From Candidatus Sumerlaeaceae bacterium (GTDB lineage Bacteria; Sumerlaeota; Sumerlaeia; Sumerlaeales; Sumerlaeaceae): a stretch of DNA of 64,000 bases. The translations under genes were made by a program, and so were the position numbers. The stretch's first letter is position 1, and each line of letters opens with the position of its first letter. The stretch is taken from the NCBI GenBank assembly GCA_051003195.1, contig JBPCLP010000021.1, positions 32,001 to 96,000 of the forward strand, written 5' to 3'. Under the pieces are notes generated by a model, which saw only the letters and a program-made list of their open reading frames with translations, was not told the origin of the DNA and made no database searches. Below are positions 27,954-38,835 of this stretch, in pieces.

Positions 27954-28919
27954 TTAAGCCGGCTGTACTGCCGCCTGTTCAGGACTGTCGGCCCCGTATA
28001 TCGCTACACGATTCTGGCCCTGCCGCTTTGCGTCGAGCATCGCCTGAGTACCCTGTGTGACCAGCGTTTCCGCGCCACCCTCGTGTTCGGGGCGAAGGCT
28101 CACCACACCAATGCTGACGGTGCTTGTAACGTCCTGCGAATCGATCGTGAACGCGATGTTCTCCATCCATTGGCGGATCTGCTCGGCCGCACGCAGCGCC
28201 CCTGGTTCATCCGTCTGCGGCAACACCGCGCAAAATGTATGGGCGTCCGCCCGGCACAGTCGGTCGCTTCGCCGCAGGGCACCCGCCATGCTTTCAACAA
28301 ACTGGCGCAGCATGGCATCCGCCGCGGCGATTCCGTGCTCGCCTGATACGCCGCTGTACTGATCCAGCTCAATGACCAGCAGGGACAGCGGTGAACCATG
28401 CCGCCCGCTTCGGTGAATTTCGGATTCGAGGGATTCAAAGAGTAGCTTACGATTGCAGGCACCGCTGGGATCCTCGAGACCAGTCGTCATCTGCCACTGT
28501 AGCTCGCTTTGTCGTGCGAGTCCGGCCATGGCCTCGGCCAGCGCAAGATGACGTTCGACACGGGCTAACAGGATTTGCAAGTCGACCGGTTTGGTGATGT
28601 AATCATTCGCACCGGCGCGTAGTGCGCCCACAATATCATCGGTGTCCTTCAATGCGCTCGTGACAATCACCGGGAGTGTCTGCGTTTCTGGATCCTGCCG
28701 CAGCTCCGCGAGCAGCTCCATTCCGCCCTCTTCAGGCATAACAAGGTCAAGCAGCACGATGTCGGGCATCTGCTTGTCGATTGCATCCAATGCTTCCCGC
28801 ACCGAGTGCACAGCCCGTGTCTGGTACCCTTGCAGAGCAAGGTACTGCGTGAGTCCAGCTGCAGTCAGGGGTTCATCGTCTACTACAAGGATATGCGCTG
28901 CCTTGGCCGCCACGACCAT
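27954..28919 (-). CDS. Response regulator REC + degenerate GGDEF domain (PleD/WspR-like)
   Basis: VVDDE, LLDLVMP, ITKP; GGDEF fold with RRSD I-site but DAHTF in place of GGDEF; TVSIG, AKRQGQNRV. Confidence 0.85.
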   Translation of the reverse strand: MVVAAKAAHILVVDDEPLTAAGLTQYLALQGYQTRAVHSVREALDAIDKQMPDIVLLDLVMPEEGGMELLAELRQDPETQTLPVIVTSALKDTDDIVGALRAGANDYITKPVDLQILLARVERHLALAEAMAGLARQSELQWQMTTGLEDPSGACNRKLLFESLESEIHRSGRHGSPLSLLVIELDQYSGVSGEHGIAAADAMLRQFVESMAGALRRSDRLCRADAHTFCAVLPQTDEPGALRAAEQIRQWMENIAFTIDSQDVTSTVSIGVVSLRPEHEGGAETLVTQGTQAMLDAKRQGQNRVAIYGADSPEQAAVQPA

Positions 28920-29119
28920 ACGGAATCATGCCTCCGGAAACATCTAGTCAGCCGGCCGACCCGATTGTGCAGCTGACAGAAAACAGTTGAAAGAGATCGC
29001 GCGCGTGTGCAACAGGAAAGATGGGGAATTGTTTTTATCCTGTCAGGCCGAACGTTCCCGGGCGAATCCAGCCCCTGGATATTTCAACATCAGGACCCAG
29101 CCGAAGCCGCACCCGAATA

Positions 29120-29722
29120 TCATGCCGGGAGCTTGCTCTCCAGGTCCTTTGCCATTTTCCGCACATCGGTTTTCTGCATGAGATGCTCAGTCTCTTGTGG
29201 TTCATCCTCCAGCGCCTGTTCCTTAACGCCCAGGTGTTGACTGATACCGCAAAGTATTTTCAGCACGCGTGTCATTTCTTCTTCTTCGAGCATGTCGATC
29301 TGAAGATTGAGCTGTGCCCGATGATCCGCCTGGCGGGTCATACGGTTCTGGCTGATCAGGAGCACAATGCTGACGAAGATCGCTTCAAGTGAAACAATCA
29401 TGGTGAGCAAGCCGTAAGGAAAAGGGTCGAATGGTTTGATTCCCGGCATCCAGCCGCGGTTGATTGCGATCCAGATTCCGAACCAGAGCACATGAACAAT
29501 GAACACGGTCATGGTGCCAAAGTGCTTTGCGATCGTGTCGCCGATTCGTTCGGGTAAGTTTCGCCTTTGCAGGGACTCCTTTTCTATCCTGGCGATCAGC
29601 TCGATGTTGCGCGAGCTGGGGTCTCCACGAAGCAGCGCGCCAATCCCGCCTTGAGGCGGGTCAGCAGGGTCCGGCGAGTTTTTAGAATGGTGGTGACTCA
29701 TACGAGGTTTTTGCCCGGACAC
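29120..29722 (-). CDS. DUF1003 membrane protein
   Basis: FDPFPYGLLTMIVSLEAIF..LISQNR. Confidence 0.88.
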   Translation of the reverse strand: MSGQKPRMSHHHSKNSPDPADPPQGGIGALLRGDPSSRNIELIARIEKESLQRRNLPERIGDTIAKHFGTMTVFIVHVLWFGIWIAINRGWMPGIKPFDPFPYGLLTMIVSLEAIFVSIVLLISQNRMTRQADHRAQLNLQIDMLEEEEMTRVLKILCGISQHLGVKEQALEDEPQETEHLMQKTDVRKMAKDLESKLPA

Positions 29723-29912
29723 AGTAAGGGATCAAATTGTGTGCCAGCCGCGCGATACAGCCACTGTTGCAATTAGCCGACTTGTCTGCTCTTCGTATGA
29801 ATCCGTTGTAGCACGCCTGACGTTTTTATTTGCGCGCTCCCCATGAACAAACAGCCTCGCCTGCCGTGAACTGCCAACTTGCCATAGCAGCAGCCCTGGG
29901 GTCTGTCCTCGC

Positions 29913-30779
29913 ATGAAAGGGATTATTCTTGCGGGCGGATCAGGCACCCGGCTGCACCCCCTGACCCTCGCAATCAGCAAGCAACTGATGCCGGTCTATG
30001 ACAAACCCATGGTGTACTATCCTCTCAGCACGATGATGTTGACGGGGATTCGGGAGATCGTCGTTATCTCAACGCCACAGGATCTCCCGCTCTTCCGGCG
30101 TCTGCTTGGCGACGGGACTCAGCTGGGGATGCGCTTCGACTATGTCGAGCAGCGGCGCCCCGAGGGCCTGGCACAGGCGTTTATACTTGGCGAAAAGTTC
30201 CTGGACGGGGACAGCGCTGCCCTTATCCTTGGCGACAACATCTTCTACGGCGTAGGGCTGGCGGACACGTTGCAGGAATGCACCAGTCCGGAGGGTGGGA
30301 TCATATTCGCCTACCATGTGCAAGATCCGGAGCGATACGGTGTGGTGGAATTCGACGATGGAGGTCGTGCGATTTCCATCGAAGAAAAGCCCCACAAACC
30401 GCGCTCACCATTTGCCATCCCCGGATTATATTTTTATGATTCCAAGGTCGTGGAAATCGCGAAGTCATTGAAGCCATCAGCGCGTGGCGAATTGGAGATT
30501 TCCGACATAAACCGCAACTACATGGAACGTGGTGAATTACGCGTGGTCCCGTTAACTCGCGGCACCGCGTGGCTGGACACCGGCACCCACGAAAGCCTGA
30601 TGCACGCGGGGCAATTTGTACAAATTATTGAGCAGCGCCAGGGCCTTAAAATCGGCTGTATTGAAGAAGTAGCGTGGCGTATGGGTTTTATCGACAACAA
30701 GCAACTGAACTCGCTCGCGCAACCTCTCGCCAGGAGCGGCTACGGTGAGTATTTGCTCCGCTTGCTGCGCGAATCTTGA
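29913..30779 (+). CDS. rfbA: Glucose-1-phosphate thymidylyltransferase
   Basis: [42 protein letters not shown]. Confidence 0.97.
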   Translation: MKGIILAGGSGTRLHPLTLAISKQLMPVYDKPMVYYPLSTMMLTGIREIVVISTPQDLPLFRRLLGDGTQLGMRFDYVEQRRPEGLAQAFILGEKFLDGDSAALILGDNIFYGVGLADTLQECTSPEGGIIFAYHVQDPERYGVVEFDDGGRAISIEEKPHKPRSPFAIPGLYFYDSKVVEIAKSLKPSARGELEISDINRNYMERGELRVVPLTRGTAWLDTGTHESLMHAGQFVQIIEQRQGLKIGCIEEVAWRMGFIDNKQLNSLAQPLARSGYGEYLLRLLRES

Positions 30780-30814
30780 AACCCGCAAACCTCGATTAGG
30801 AAAGAACTCAAGTC

Positions 30815-31684
30815 ATGAACTTTACAGGATCCATGTGTGCCATCGTCACCCCATTCAAGGACGAGAAGGTGGATGCCCAGGCACTGCAGCGGCTCATCGA
30901 TTTCCAGATCGATAACGGCACCAGCGCACTGGTTCCGTGTGGCACTACGGGCGAGAGCGCTACGCTGACGCACGAGGAACACCACCAGGTTATCGAGCTG
31001 ACTATCAAGTTTTCCGGCGGGCGGGTTCCCGTCATCGCCGGCACCGGCAGCAACGCCACGGCGGAGGCGATCTCGTTGACCCGTGAAGCCAAAAAATGGG
31101 GCGCGGACGCGGCGCTGCTCATCACACCTTATTATAATAAGCCCACACAGGAAGGCTTATACGCCCATTATATGGCCGTCGCGGATGCCGTGGAGATTCC
31201 GCAGATCCTTTACAACGTACCCGCGCGCACTGCCGTCAGCATCAATCCCGAAACGGTTGCACGGTTGGCGCAGCATCCAAACATCGTGGCAATTAAAGAG
31301 GCGAGCGGCTCGATGGATTACGTCAGCCAGCTGCGCGGGCTTTCCTCCATTACGATTCTGAGCGGCAACGACAACCTGACGCTTCCGCTGATGGCTCTTG
31401 GCGCTACTGGCTCCATCAGTGTGTTGGCGAATGTGATTCCAAAACTGTGCGCGCAAATGATCGCGGCGGTAGATGCGGGTGAGTGGGCAACTGCCCGGCA
31501 GATACATTATAGCACCTTCGGTCTGACGGAAGCGCTATTCCTCGAAACGAACCCAATCCCGGTGAAAGCCGCGCTGGCGATGATGGGGCTGATTTCAGAC
31601 GAGATTCGTCTGCCACTAGTCACGATGAACGAGAAATTTGCGCCGCGTCTCCGCAAGGAACTGGAGGCGCTGGACCTCCTCTAA
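30815..31684 (+). CDS. dapA: 4-hydroxy-tetrahydrodipicolinate synthase
   Basis: GTTGES, PYYNKP, YNVPART, IKEASG, TNPIPVK. Confidence 0.96.
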   Translation: MNFTGSMCAIVTPFKDEKVDAQALQRLIDFQIDNGTSALVPCGTTGESATLTHEEHHQVIELTIKFSGGRVPVIAGTGSNATAEAISLTREAKKWGADAALLITPYYNKPTQEGLYAHYMAVADAVEIPQILYNVPARTAVSINPETVARLAQHPNIVAIKEASGSMDYVSQLRGLSSITILSGNDNLTLPLMALGATGSISVLANVIPKLCAQMIAAVDAGEWATARQIHYSTFGLTEALFLETNPIPVKAALAMMGLISDEIRLPLVTMNEKFAPRLRKELEALDLL

Positions 31685-31706
31685 GACCTTGGCGGTCAGC
31701 CCCGTT

Positions 31707-32105
31707 TCAAGCCAGCATTCGGCAAAGATCTTCAACATCATGGCGCAGGTGAGAAAGGCCTTCGTTGAGGCGCCTGTAGCGCTGCAGGTTTACCTGTACG
31801 GGTGCCTCCATGCGTGAAGGGGCTGCCACTTCCGCGGGGGGGGCTTGCGGCTGGCTGCGCAGCTGTTTCCGCGCGCCCGCGATGGTAAACTTCTCGGTGT
31901 AAAGCAGCCGCTTGATCTCCAGGATCAGCTCGATGTCGCCGCGACGATACCGGCGTTGGTCGTTCTCATCCTTTTCAGGGCCAAGCATGGGAAACTCGGT
32001 TTCCCAGTAACGCAAAACGTAGGGCTTGATCTGCGTAATCGAAGATACTTCGTTAATCCGGTAGAACAGCTTCTCCGGAATCTCTACATGTTCCATTGCA
32101 CTCAC
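31707..32105 (-). CDS. MerR-family transcriptional regulator
   Basis: IPEKLFYRINEV..VLRYWETEF..RRYR. Confidence 0.9.
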   Translation of the reverse strand: MSAMEHVEIPEKLFYRINEVSSITQIKPYVLRYWETEFPMLGPEKDENDQRRYRRGDIELILEIKRLLYTEKFTIAGARKQLRSQPQAPPAEVAAPSRMEAPVQVNLQRYRRLNEGLSHLRHDVEDLCRMLA

Positions 32106-32184
32106 GGGCGGGGAACTCCTCTCAACATTAACGGGAACGGTTTAACAGCGGGAATAGTAGGAGATCAGCAGCTGATGGGCCGAG

Positions 32185-32472
32185 ATATCCACAACAGTTA
32201 TTCAGAGGCATTACCTTTTTTCAAGTACGTGCAATATTTACCTCCCGCGGCAGGCGAAATTGTCTGCAGCCTCTGACAGATGTGAGGTTATGCAGGTTCC
32301 GGACCTGATTTATATAGGGTTTACTCCAGTACTACTTTAAGGTAATCTTGTCAAAGTCAACAGCATAAGCTATTTTGGATCGTAAAATGTTCATAAAAGA
32401 TGTTCTTGTGAAAACTGTCCACCTCTTGCGAACCGCTGTTATCCACAAGCAGATTTCCACATATCATCCACA
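32185..32472. promoter_or_regulatory. DnaA-box cluster in AT-rich intergenic region (candidate oriC)
   Basis: Perfect TTATCCACA at 32439-32447; one-mismatch boxes at 32185, 32198, 32388 (rev), 32407 (rev), 32453, 32464; visibly AT-rich against a GC-rich background. Confidence 0.6.
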
Positions 32473-32529
32473 AGTCTACTGTCATCCCATCTCTTTTTCA
32501 GCTGTATTGAACCTGTTGATGTTGCGGTC

Positions 32530-33228
32530 ATGATCGTTCTCGCAATCGAGTGTTCGACGGCATCTGGTGGCGTCGCAATTGTCGAAAATGGCACGGTCAG
32601 AGGCTCGGTTAATTTCTCGACGAGCACTCTTTATTCGCAGCGGCTTTTGCCCTCCCTTGAGTGGCTGATGGCCCGCTGCGGAGTGGCGGCAGGCGAGATC
32701 AACGGGCTGGGTATTTCAACGGGTCCTGGATCCTTTACGGGTCTTCGCATAGGGTTGAGCGCCGTAAAGGGCCTGGCTTATGCCTGGCATGTGCCAGTAG
32801 CCGGGGTAGGCACGATGGAGGCGCTGGCGCTCAGGGCCGCAACGCCACGCCAGGGTGAAAGTGTGCGGGTATGTACATTGTTGGACGCGCGGCAGGGTGA
32901 GTTGTTTGCGGGACTTTTCGAGGTTAGCTGCCCTGGCCGTGGCACCTATGCCGTTCAACGCTTGCGTGCCGAACATCTACCGGACGTGGCGCACGTGGCA
33001 GAATGGATCGACCAGCGAACCATTTTTGCGGGCGACGCTGTACTGAAACATTCCACCTCGCTGGATTTAGCATTGGGCGAGCGGGTGGTCTTAGCCTCTC
33101 CACTTCGAATGCTGCCTTCCGCTGAGGAAGTGGGCTGGCTTGCATGGCAGGAGCTCGCCAGCGGTGACTCAGACGACCTGATGCTGCTGGAGCCGGAGTA
33201 TTTGCGCCGGAGCTACATGCAGCGTTAA
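32530..33228 (+). CDS. tsaB: tRNA t6A modification protein TsaB
   Basis: LAIECST, GPGSFTGLRIG, LDARQGE, LEPEYLR. Confidence 0.95.
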   Translation: MIVLAIECSTASGGVAIVENGTVRGSVNFSTSTLYSQRLLPSLEWLMARCGVAAGEINGLGISTGPGSFTGLRIGLSAVKGLAYAWHVPVAGVGTMEALALRAATPRQGESVRVCTLLDARQGELFAGLFEVSCPGRGTYAVQRLRAEHLPDVAHVAEWIDQRTIFAGDAVLKHSTSLDLALGERVVLASPLRMLPSAEEVGWLAWQELASGDSDDLMLLEPEYLRRSYMQR

Positions 33229-33229
33229 A

Positions 33230-34552
33230 TCACACTTTTTCCGCGAGCACTGTTTCGGGGCGACCGATGGAGTGGTACTCGATGCCACACTTGCGCATCT
33301 TCTCGGGCGAGTAAATGTTCCGGCCATCGAAAATGATGGGCTGGCGCATGTTTGCGCGTAGCTTGTCCAGGTTAAGCTGCTTGAATTCGTTCCAGTCGGT
33401 AACCACCACAATCGCATCGCAGCCATCGGCCACGTCGTAGGCACTTTTGCAGAAGCTGATCGGACCGCTCAGAACAGCTTCCAGGCTTTCCGGGGTGACG
33501 ATCGGGTCAAAGACTCTGATGCGAGCACCTTTGGAAATCAAATCCTCTATGATCTCGAGGCTCTTGGCCTCCCTCAGGTCATCGGTGTTCGGTTTGAAAG
33601 CCAGGCCAAGGATGCCGATGACCTTGCTGTTGAGGTCACCCATGCGCTCTTCGATGCGCCGGAGGAACCGAGGCACCCGGTCTTTATTAATGTCGACTAC
33701 TGCGTCGAAGATGGCCGTGTCTTCACCAAACTTACCGGCCACATGCCGCAGGGAAAGCGTATCTTTTGGAAAGCAGGAGCCGCCAAACCCAAGTCCTGCC
33801 TGGAGAAACTGCTTACCAATACGGGAGTCATAACCCATGCCCTTGGCCACCAGCGTCACATCCGCCCCTGCCTTTTCGCAAATATTCGCGATGGCATTTA
33901 TGAACGAAATCTTATTGGCCAGGAAAGCGTTTGAGGCGTACTTAATCATTTCCGCGCTCTCGACGTCGGTGATGAGCATGGGCACTTCCAGCTGCGCATA
34001 AAGTTCCAGCAGGCGAAGCGCCACATTCTGGTCCGGTGCACCGATGACAATGCGCTCGGGGTTCATCGCATCGTAAATCGCGGAACCTTCTTTAAGAAAC
34101 TCCGGATTGGACACGACGTCGAAATCGACGTTTCGACGGCGATTGTCCTCTATGACGCGGCGGACAAAATCGCCAGTGCCGACCGGAACCGTACTCTTGT
34201 TTACGATAACCTTATAGGCATCCATGTTTTGCGCGATTTCTTTGGCGACGGCCTCGATGAAGCGCAGGTCGGTTTCTCCATCGTCCTTCGGAGGGGTTCC
34301 CACGGCGATGAAGAGGACGCCGGAGCGGCGAACGCCTTCGCCAAGGTCGGTGGTGAAGGTGAGGCGTTTTTCCTCAACGTTGCGTTTCACCATCTCCTCA
34401 AGACCGGGTTCGTAAATCGGCATGATGCCATCGTTGAGCCGGGCAACCTTCGTCTCGTCCTTGTCCACGCAGATTACATCATTGCCCAGATCGGCAAAAA
34501 CGACTCCTGTTACCAGCCCTACATAGCCCGTCCCGACGACGCATACGTTCAT
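33230..34552 (-). CDS. ugd: UDP-glucose 6-dehydrogenase
   Basis: GTGYVG, AVGTP, KSTVPVG, SNPEFLKEG, GFGGSCFPKD, AFKPNTDD. Confidence 0.95.
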   Translation of the reverse strand: MNVCVVGTGYVGLVTGVVFADLGNDVICVDKDETKVARLNDGIMPIYEPGLEEMVKRNVEEKRLTFTTDLGEGVRRSGVLFIAVGTPPKDDGETDLRFIEAVAKEIAQNMDAYKVIVNKSTVPVGTGDFVRRVIEDNRRRNVDFDVVSNPEFLKEGSAIYDAMNPERIVIGAPDQNVALRLLELYAQLEVPMLITDVESAEMIKYASNAFLANKISFINAIANICEKAGADVTLVAKGMGYDSRIGKQFLQAGLGFGGSCFPKDTLSLRHVAGKFGEDTAIFDAVVDINKDRVPRFLRRIEERMGDLNSKVIGILGLAFKPNTDDLREAKSLEIIEDLISKGARIRVFDPIVTPESLEAVLSGPISFCKSAYDVADGCDAIVVVTDWNEFKQLNLDKLRANMRQPIIFDGRNIYSPEKMRKCGIEYHSIGRPETVLAEKV

Positions 34553-34736
34553 TTAACTACCCTTTGTCCAAAGATGCACAGGTTAAGCGCTGGGTTGCGA
34601 TTGGCCAGATGCACTGAGCAATACAGCGGAAGCCGAAATCTAATGAAAAGAATGTTTCGAGCCGGAACTGACCCCGGCAAGCAGGCCCGCGGTTTGTTAT
34701 TGCCCCGGCAATTTCCTGCTGTCGGCAATTGAAGTC

Positions 34737-35459
34737 ATGAGAGTTGATGGCCGAGCGCCCGACGAGAAGCGGGCACTGAAGATGACCCCCCATTTTGCTT
34801 CCTATGCGGAAGGCAGCGTACTGGTTGAAGTCGGTGACACGCGTGTGCTATGTACCGCGACGGTCGACAACAAGGTGCCTCCGCACTTGCGCGACATGGC
34901 GCAAGGCTGGGTAACCGCAGAATACGCCATGCTGCCACGCTCTTCAAAGCAGCGTATCCCACGTGAAGTGAACAAGGGGCACGTAGGTGGCCGAACGTAC
35001 GAAATACAGAGGCTGATTGGCCGTTGCATGCGGACAGTCACGGATATGCGCCGACTCGGAGAGCGCACGATCACCATCGACTGCGACGTCATACAGGCCG
35101 ACGGCGGCACTCGAACCGCGGCAATTACGGGCGGCTTCGTCGCTCTTGCCCTGGCAGTGCGCGGATTAAAGGAAACCGGCAAAGTTGGCGCCGGCGTGCT
35201 GACGGATTTTGTCGCCGCTACCAGCGTGGGTGTGGTGGAAGGTCGGCCAGTACTGGACCTGAACTATATCGAAGATTCCGCTGCTGACGTGGACATGAAC
35301 CTGATCATGACCGGTGCCGGTAATTTCGTGGAGCTTCAGGGCACAGCGGAGCGAGCGGCCTTTGATGAGACGGCGCTGGCTGAGATGATCCGGCTCGGGC
35401 GCAAGGGCATCCAGGAATTGATTGCCGCACAACAGACGATACTCGGGACCGAGCTGTAG
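34737..35459 (+). CDS. rph: Ribonuclease PH
   Basis: [40 protein letters not shown]. Confidence 0.97.
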   Translation: MRVDGRAPDEKRALKMTPHFASYAEGSVLVEVGDTRVLCTATVDNKVPPHLRDMAQGWVTAEYAMLPRSSKQRIPREVNKGHVGGRTYEIQRLIGRCMRTVTDMRRLGERTITIDCDVIQADGGTRTAAITGGFVALALAVRGLKETGKVGAGVLTDFVAATSVGVVEGRPVLDLNYIEDSAADVDMNLIMTGAGNFVELQGTAERAAFDETALAEMIRLGRKGIQELIAAQQTILGTEL

Positions 35460-35526
35460 CAATTACGGTAAATGCGCGCCACTCCACTGTAAGCAGTTCC
35501 GGCGCGGATCGCATCCGGGATGTCAG

Positions 35527-36477
35527 TTATCCTTCCATTGCCAGACCGGCGGCTCCGATGATGCCCGCATAATTGCCGAGTTTCGCCTTTACGATTTGCG
35601 CGCGTTTAGCCGGTTGGTTAAATGCATTAATGAGGGCGCGCTTTTTGAGCGGCTCGAAAATATAATCGCCTGCATTTGCGAGCGCGCCGCCATAGACAAT
35701 CATGTCCGGATTGAGCATGTTAATGATGGTGGCAGCGGCGACGCCCAATGCGTCGCCGACCCGGCCAAAAAAGTCGATTGCGAACGCGTCTCCCGCTACC
35801 GCGGCATCGTAGACAACCTTGGCGCCAAAATCGTCCTCGGCGCCTTCCGGGATGTGGATGCTTGTTTTCGTGCCGGCGGCGAGGGCCTCTTTCACCTCAC
35901 GGCGGATCGCGGTGGCGCTGGCATATGCCTCAAGGCAGCCATGTGAACCGCAGCCGCATTCAGGCCCATTAAAATTAATGCACATGTGGCCGAGTTCGCC
36001 GGCGGTGTCGTCGGGCCCGACATAAAGTTTGCCGTTCATAATGATGCCGCCACCGACCCCTGTGCCGAGCGTGAACAGGATCATGCATTCCATGTCGATA
36101 CCGGCTCCCGCGCCTGCCCAGTACTCGCCGTAAGCGGCAGCGTTGGCGTCGTTGTTGAGAACAACAGGCAGGTGCAGGCGATCTTCCAGCATTGTGCGAG
36201 CGGGGGTGTTGAACCAGCCGGGCAGGTTTGGAGTTTCGAACACAATTCCCTGGCGGCTGCTCATCGGCCCGGGAACACCAACGCCGATCGCCTTAACCTT
36301 GTGCCCGGCAAGCAGGTTGCGCGCATGGGTGGCCATGCCATCGATGACACCTTCGGGTCCGAGTTCCGCACGGGTGGGATTCTTCGAGGAACGAATGACG
36401 CGCCCTTGCGCATCCACGATGCCGAACTTGCAATCCGTTCCACCGAGATCAATTCCGAGAACCAGGTCCAAACTCAC
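35527..36477 (-). CDS. ROK-family sugar kinase (glucokinase-like)
   Basis: GIDLGGT, NDANAAA, TLGTGVGGG, GELGH, CGCGSHGCLE. Confidence 0.93.
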   Translation of the reverse strand: MSLDLVLGIDLGGTDCKFGIVDAQGRVIRSSKNPTRAELGPEGVIDGMATHARNLLAGHKVKAIGVGVPGPMSSRQGIVFETPNLPGWFNTPARTMLEDRLHLPVVLNNDANAAAYGEYWAGAGAGIDMECMILFTLGTGVGGGIIMNGKLYVGPDDTAGELGHMCINFNGPECGCGSHGCLEAYASATAIRREVKEALAAGTKTSIHIPEGAEDDFGAKVVYDAAVAGDAFAIDFFGRVGDALGVAAATIINMLNPDMIVYGGALANAGDYIFEPLKKRALINAFNQPAKRAQIVKAKLGNYAGIIGAAGLAMEG

Positions 36478-36568
36478 AGCGCACCTTCAATCGCGTAATT
36501 TGCGCCAGGTTTGGCGCCATGCACATTCCAGGCTAATTTCCTGCCGGTACAATGGTAGCAACTGCGCA

Positions 36569-37996
36569 ATGACAATTGAAATTAAGAAGGGCAGCATCGT
36601 CGAGGCCGAGGTGGACGCAGTGGCATTCGGCGGCAAGGGGATCGCGCGCGTCGGCGGCATGGTGTTGTTTATCGAGGGGGGTCTTCCCGGCGATAAACTG
36701 CGCGCCCGCGTAACCAGGCGCAAACCGCAGTATGGAGAAGCAGAGCTGGTCGAGCTGATGGAGCCTTCGCCCGCCAGGCGGCAGTGGCCATGCCCGGTGT
36801 TTGGAGCATGCGGTGGGTGCAAGTGGCAGCACTACGAATATGCGCAGCAGATAATCGCGAAGCAGCAACACGTGGCCGATTCGCTGAAGCACATCGGAAA
36901 GCAGCACGCATATGAAATGCGCCCGATCCTGGCCTCCCCCAATGAATGGTTCTACCGCAACAAGATGGAGTTCAGTTTCGGACACGATGACGACGATAAT
37001 CGTATTATCATCGGGTTTCATCGCGCGGGAGATTTCCGGCGGATTGTCCGGGCGGGCGAAGCGTGCCAGATTCAACCACCGGGCATGAATGAGCCAATGG
37101 CGTGGATGGAACAGCGCCTAAATGAAGAAGCCGCCCGTGAAGGGGACCATTTCTGTAATTACAATCAAAGCCGACACATCGGCTTTTTACGGCACCTGGT
37201 TGTGCGCCACAGTTACACGACCGGGCACTTCCTGATCGCGATTCTTACAGCCAGCGGAGCGTGGGCAGGTGCGGAACAATTTGCGACCGATTTCATGCAC
37301 CACTTCCCCATGTGCCGCGGCTTCCAGTGGGGCACGACCGACGCCCTGAGCGACGTTGCACGAATGGAGAAGCAGCGCCTTCAACGGGGTGAGGATTCGA
37401 TTGAGGAGCGGCTCGGCGACAAAGTGTTTCGGGTGTCGACCTTCTCATTTTTCCAGACGAACACGCCCGGCGCAAAAATCCTGTACGACGTGGTTAGAGA
37501 ATTCGCGGAACTCACCGGCCGCGAGACGGTGCTGGATGCGTATTGTGGAACGGGGACGATCGGAATCTATGTAAGCGACAGGGCCGCCAATGTCGTGGGG
37601 ATCGAGCTGGTGAAAGAGGCAGTGTGGGACGCGCGCTATAACGCGAAACAGAATGGCGCAGCAAATTGCACCTTCCTTGCGGGAGAAATGCGCGATGTGC
37701 TGCCTACGCTGCCTTCCACCCTTGGAACGCGCTTTGACCGCGTTATTGTCGATCCTCCGCGCGGTGGTATGGACAAGAAAAGCCTTCGATTGCTGATCGA
37801 GATTGGGGCGCCGGTGCTGGTCTATGTTTCATGTAACCCGAGCACGCTCGCACGCGACTCGGTAACCTTGGCCGAATCAGGCTACGTTGCGGAGGTAGTA
37901 CAACCCGTCGACATGTTCCCGCATACCTACCACGTGGAAAGCGTCATCCGCTTCCGCAAGCGTGAGCCGCAGGCCACAGCAGTCGCAACCAACTGA
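36569..37996 (+). CDS. rlmD: 23S rRNA (uracil-5)-methyltransferase RlmD family (TRAM + Fe-S + SAM domains)
   Basis: CPVFGACGGC, YRNKMEF, SFFQTN, DAYCGTG, VDPPRGG, YVSCNP, DMFPHTYHVE. Confidence 0.93.
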   Translation: MTIEIKKGSIVEAEVDAVAFGGKGIARVGGMVLFIEGGLPGDKLRARVTRRKPQYGEAELVELMEPSPARRQWPCPVFGACGGCKWQHYEYAQQIIAKQQHVADSLKHIGKQHAYEMRPILASPNEWFYRNKMEFSFGHDDDDNRIIIGFHRAGDFRRIVRAGEACQIQPPGMNEPMAWMEQRLNEEAAREGDHFCNYNQSRHIGFLRHLVVRHSYTTGHFLIAILTASGAWAGAEQFATDFMHHFPMCRGFQWGTTDALSDVARMEKQRLQRGEDSIEERLGDKVFRVSTFSFFQTNTPGAKILYDVVREFAELTGRETVLDAYCGTGTIGIYVSDRAANVVGIELVKEAVWDARYNAKQNGAANCTFLAGEMRDVLPTLPSTLGTRFDRVIVDPPRGGMDKKSLRLLIEIGAPVLVYVSCNPSTLARDSVTLAESGYVAEVVQPVDMFPHTYHVESVIRFRKREPQATAVATN

Positions 37997-38037
37997 AAGC
38001 AGATGAGTTGAACGAACCTCCACCCAGTGGGGCATCT

Positions 38038-38835
38038 ATGCCCGCGAACCGCATCCGGCTGATTGTAGCCGATATCGACGGCTGCCTGTCCCGGGGCAGC
38101 GGAAGCCCGTTTGACATACAATTGCTCAGCCGTTTAGCCGGGGCAAATGTGGCGTCGCGCAGCGATTCGAATATCCCGGCAATCACCTTCTGCACAGGTC
38201 GGCCGCAACCTTACGTCGAGTGCCTGCTCCAGGCAACGCGTGGATATACGCCGGCGTTATGCGAGGGCGGCACGCTCTTCTTTGATCCGGTCGCGCACCT
38301 GATCGCAACCCATCCCAATTTCACTGGGCGGGAGGAGAAGCTGCTGTCGGAGCTGCGCGCAATGGTGGACCGCGAACTTCTGCGGCCAAACGTGAAACAC
38401 GAGCCGGGAAAGATCACACATATTACGCTCATCATCCAGCCGCCGGACACGCCACGTGGCCTGCTGCCGATCGCGCAGAAGATCGCCGCGCAGTTTGATG
38501 GCGAGTTCGTCGTCGAGATGACCCGCATGTGCATTCACTTCCTGTTCCGGCACATACATAAGGGTGTCGGTATTGACTGGCTGTCCGAGCACACCGGGAT
38601 CCCGCATGGCGAAATGGCCGGTATTGGCGACTCCCGGCCCGACCTGCCGTTTCTCACCAAAGTTGGCCTGCCATTCGCCCCTGCGAACGCGCACGCGGAC
38701 GTGAAAGCGGCCTGCAAAATCATTAGCGAGCACCAGGATTCTGAAGCTGCCCTCGAGCTCCTGGATTATGTGATTGAACATAACCGCGCATTGGCTCTTG
38801 TGCCGGATGCAATGGCCGCAGAGGCAAAGCTGTGA
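38038..38835 (+). CDS. HAD-superfamily hydrolase (Cof/type IIB)
   Basis: ADIDGCL, CTGR, HKG, IGDSRPD. Confidence 0.85.
   Translation: MPANRIRLIVADIDGCLSRGSGSPFDIQLLSRLAGANVASRSDSNIPAITFCTGRPQPYVECLLQATRGYTPALCEGGTLFFDPVAHLIATHPNFTGREEKLLSELRAMVDRELLRPNVKHEPGKITHITLIIQPPDTPRGLLPIAQKIAAQFDGEFVVEMTRMCIHFLFRHIHKGVGIDWLSEHTGIPHGEMAGIGDSRPDLPFLTKVGLPFAPANAHADVKAACKIISEHQDSEAALELLDYVIEHNRALALVPDAMAAEAKL

Noticed and set aside
36143..36568. N-terminal extension of the rlmD ORF
   Set aside because: Overlaps the ROK gene on the other strand; the TRAM domain begins at ATG 36569
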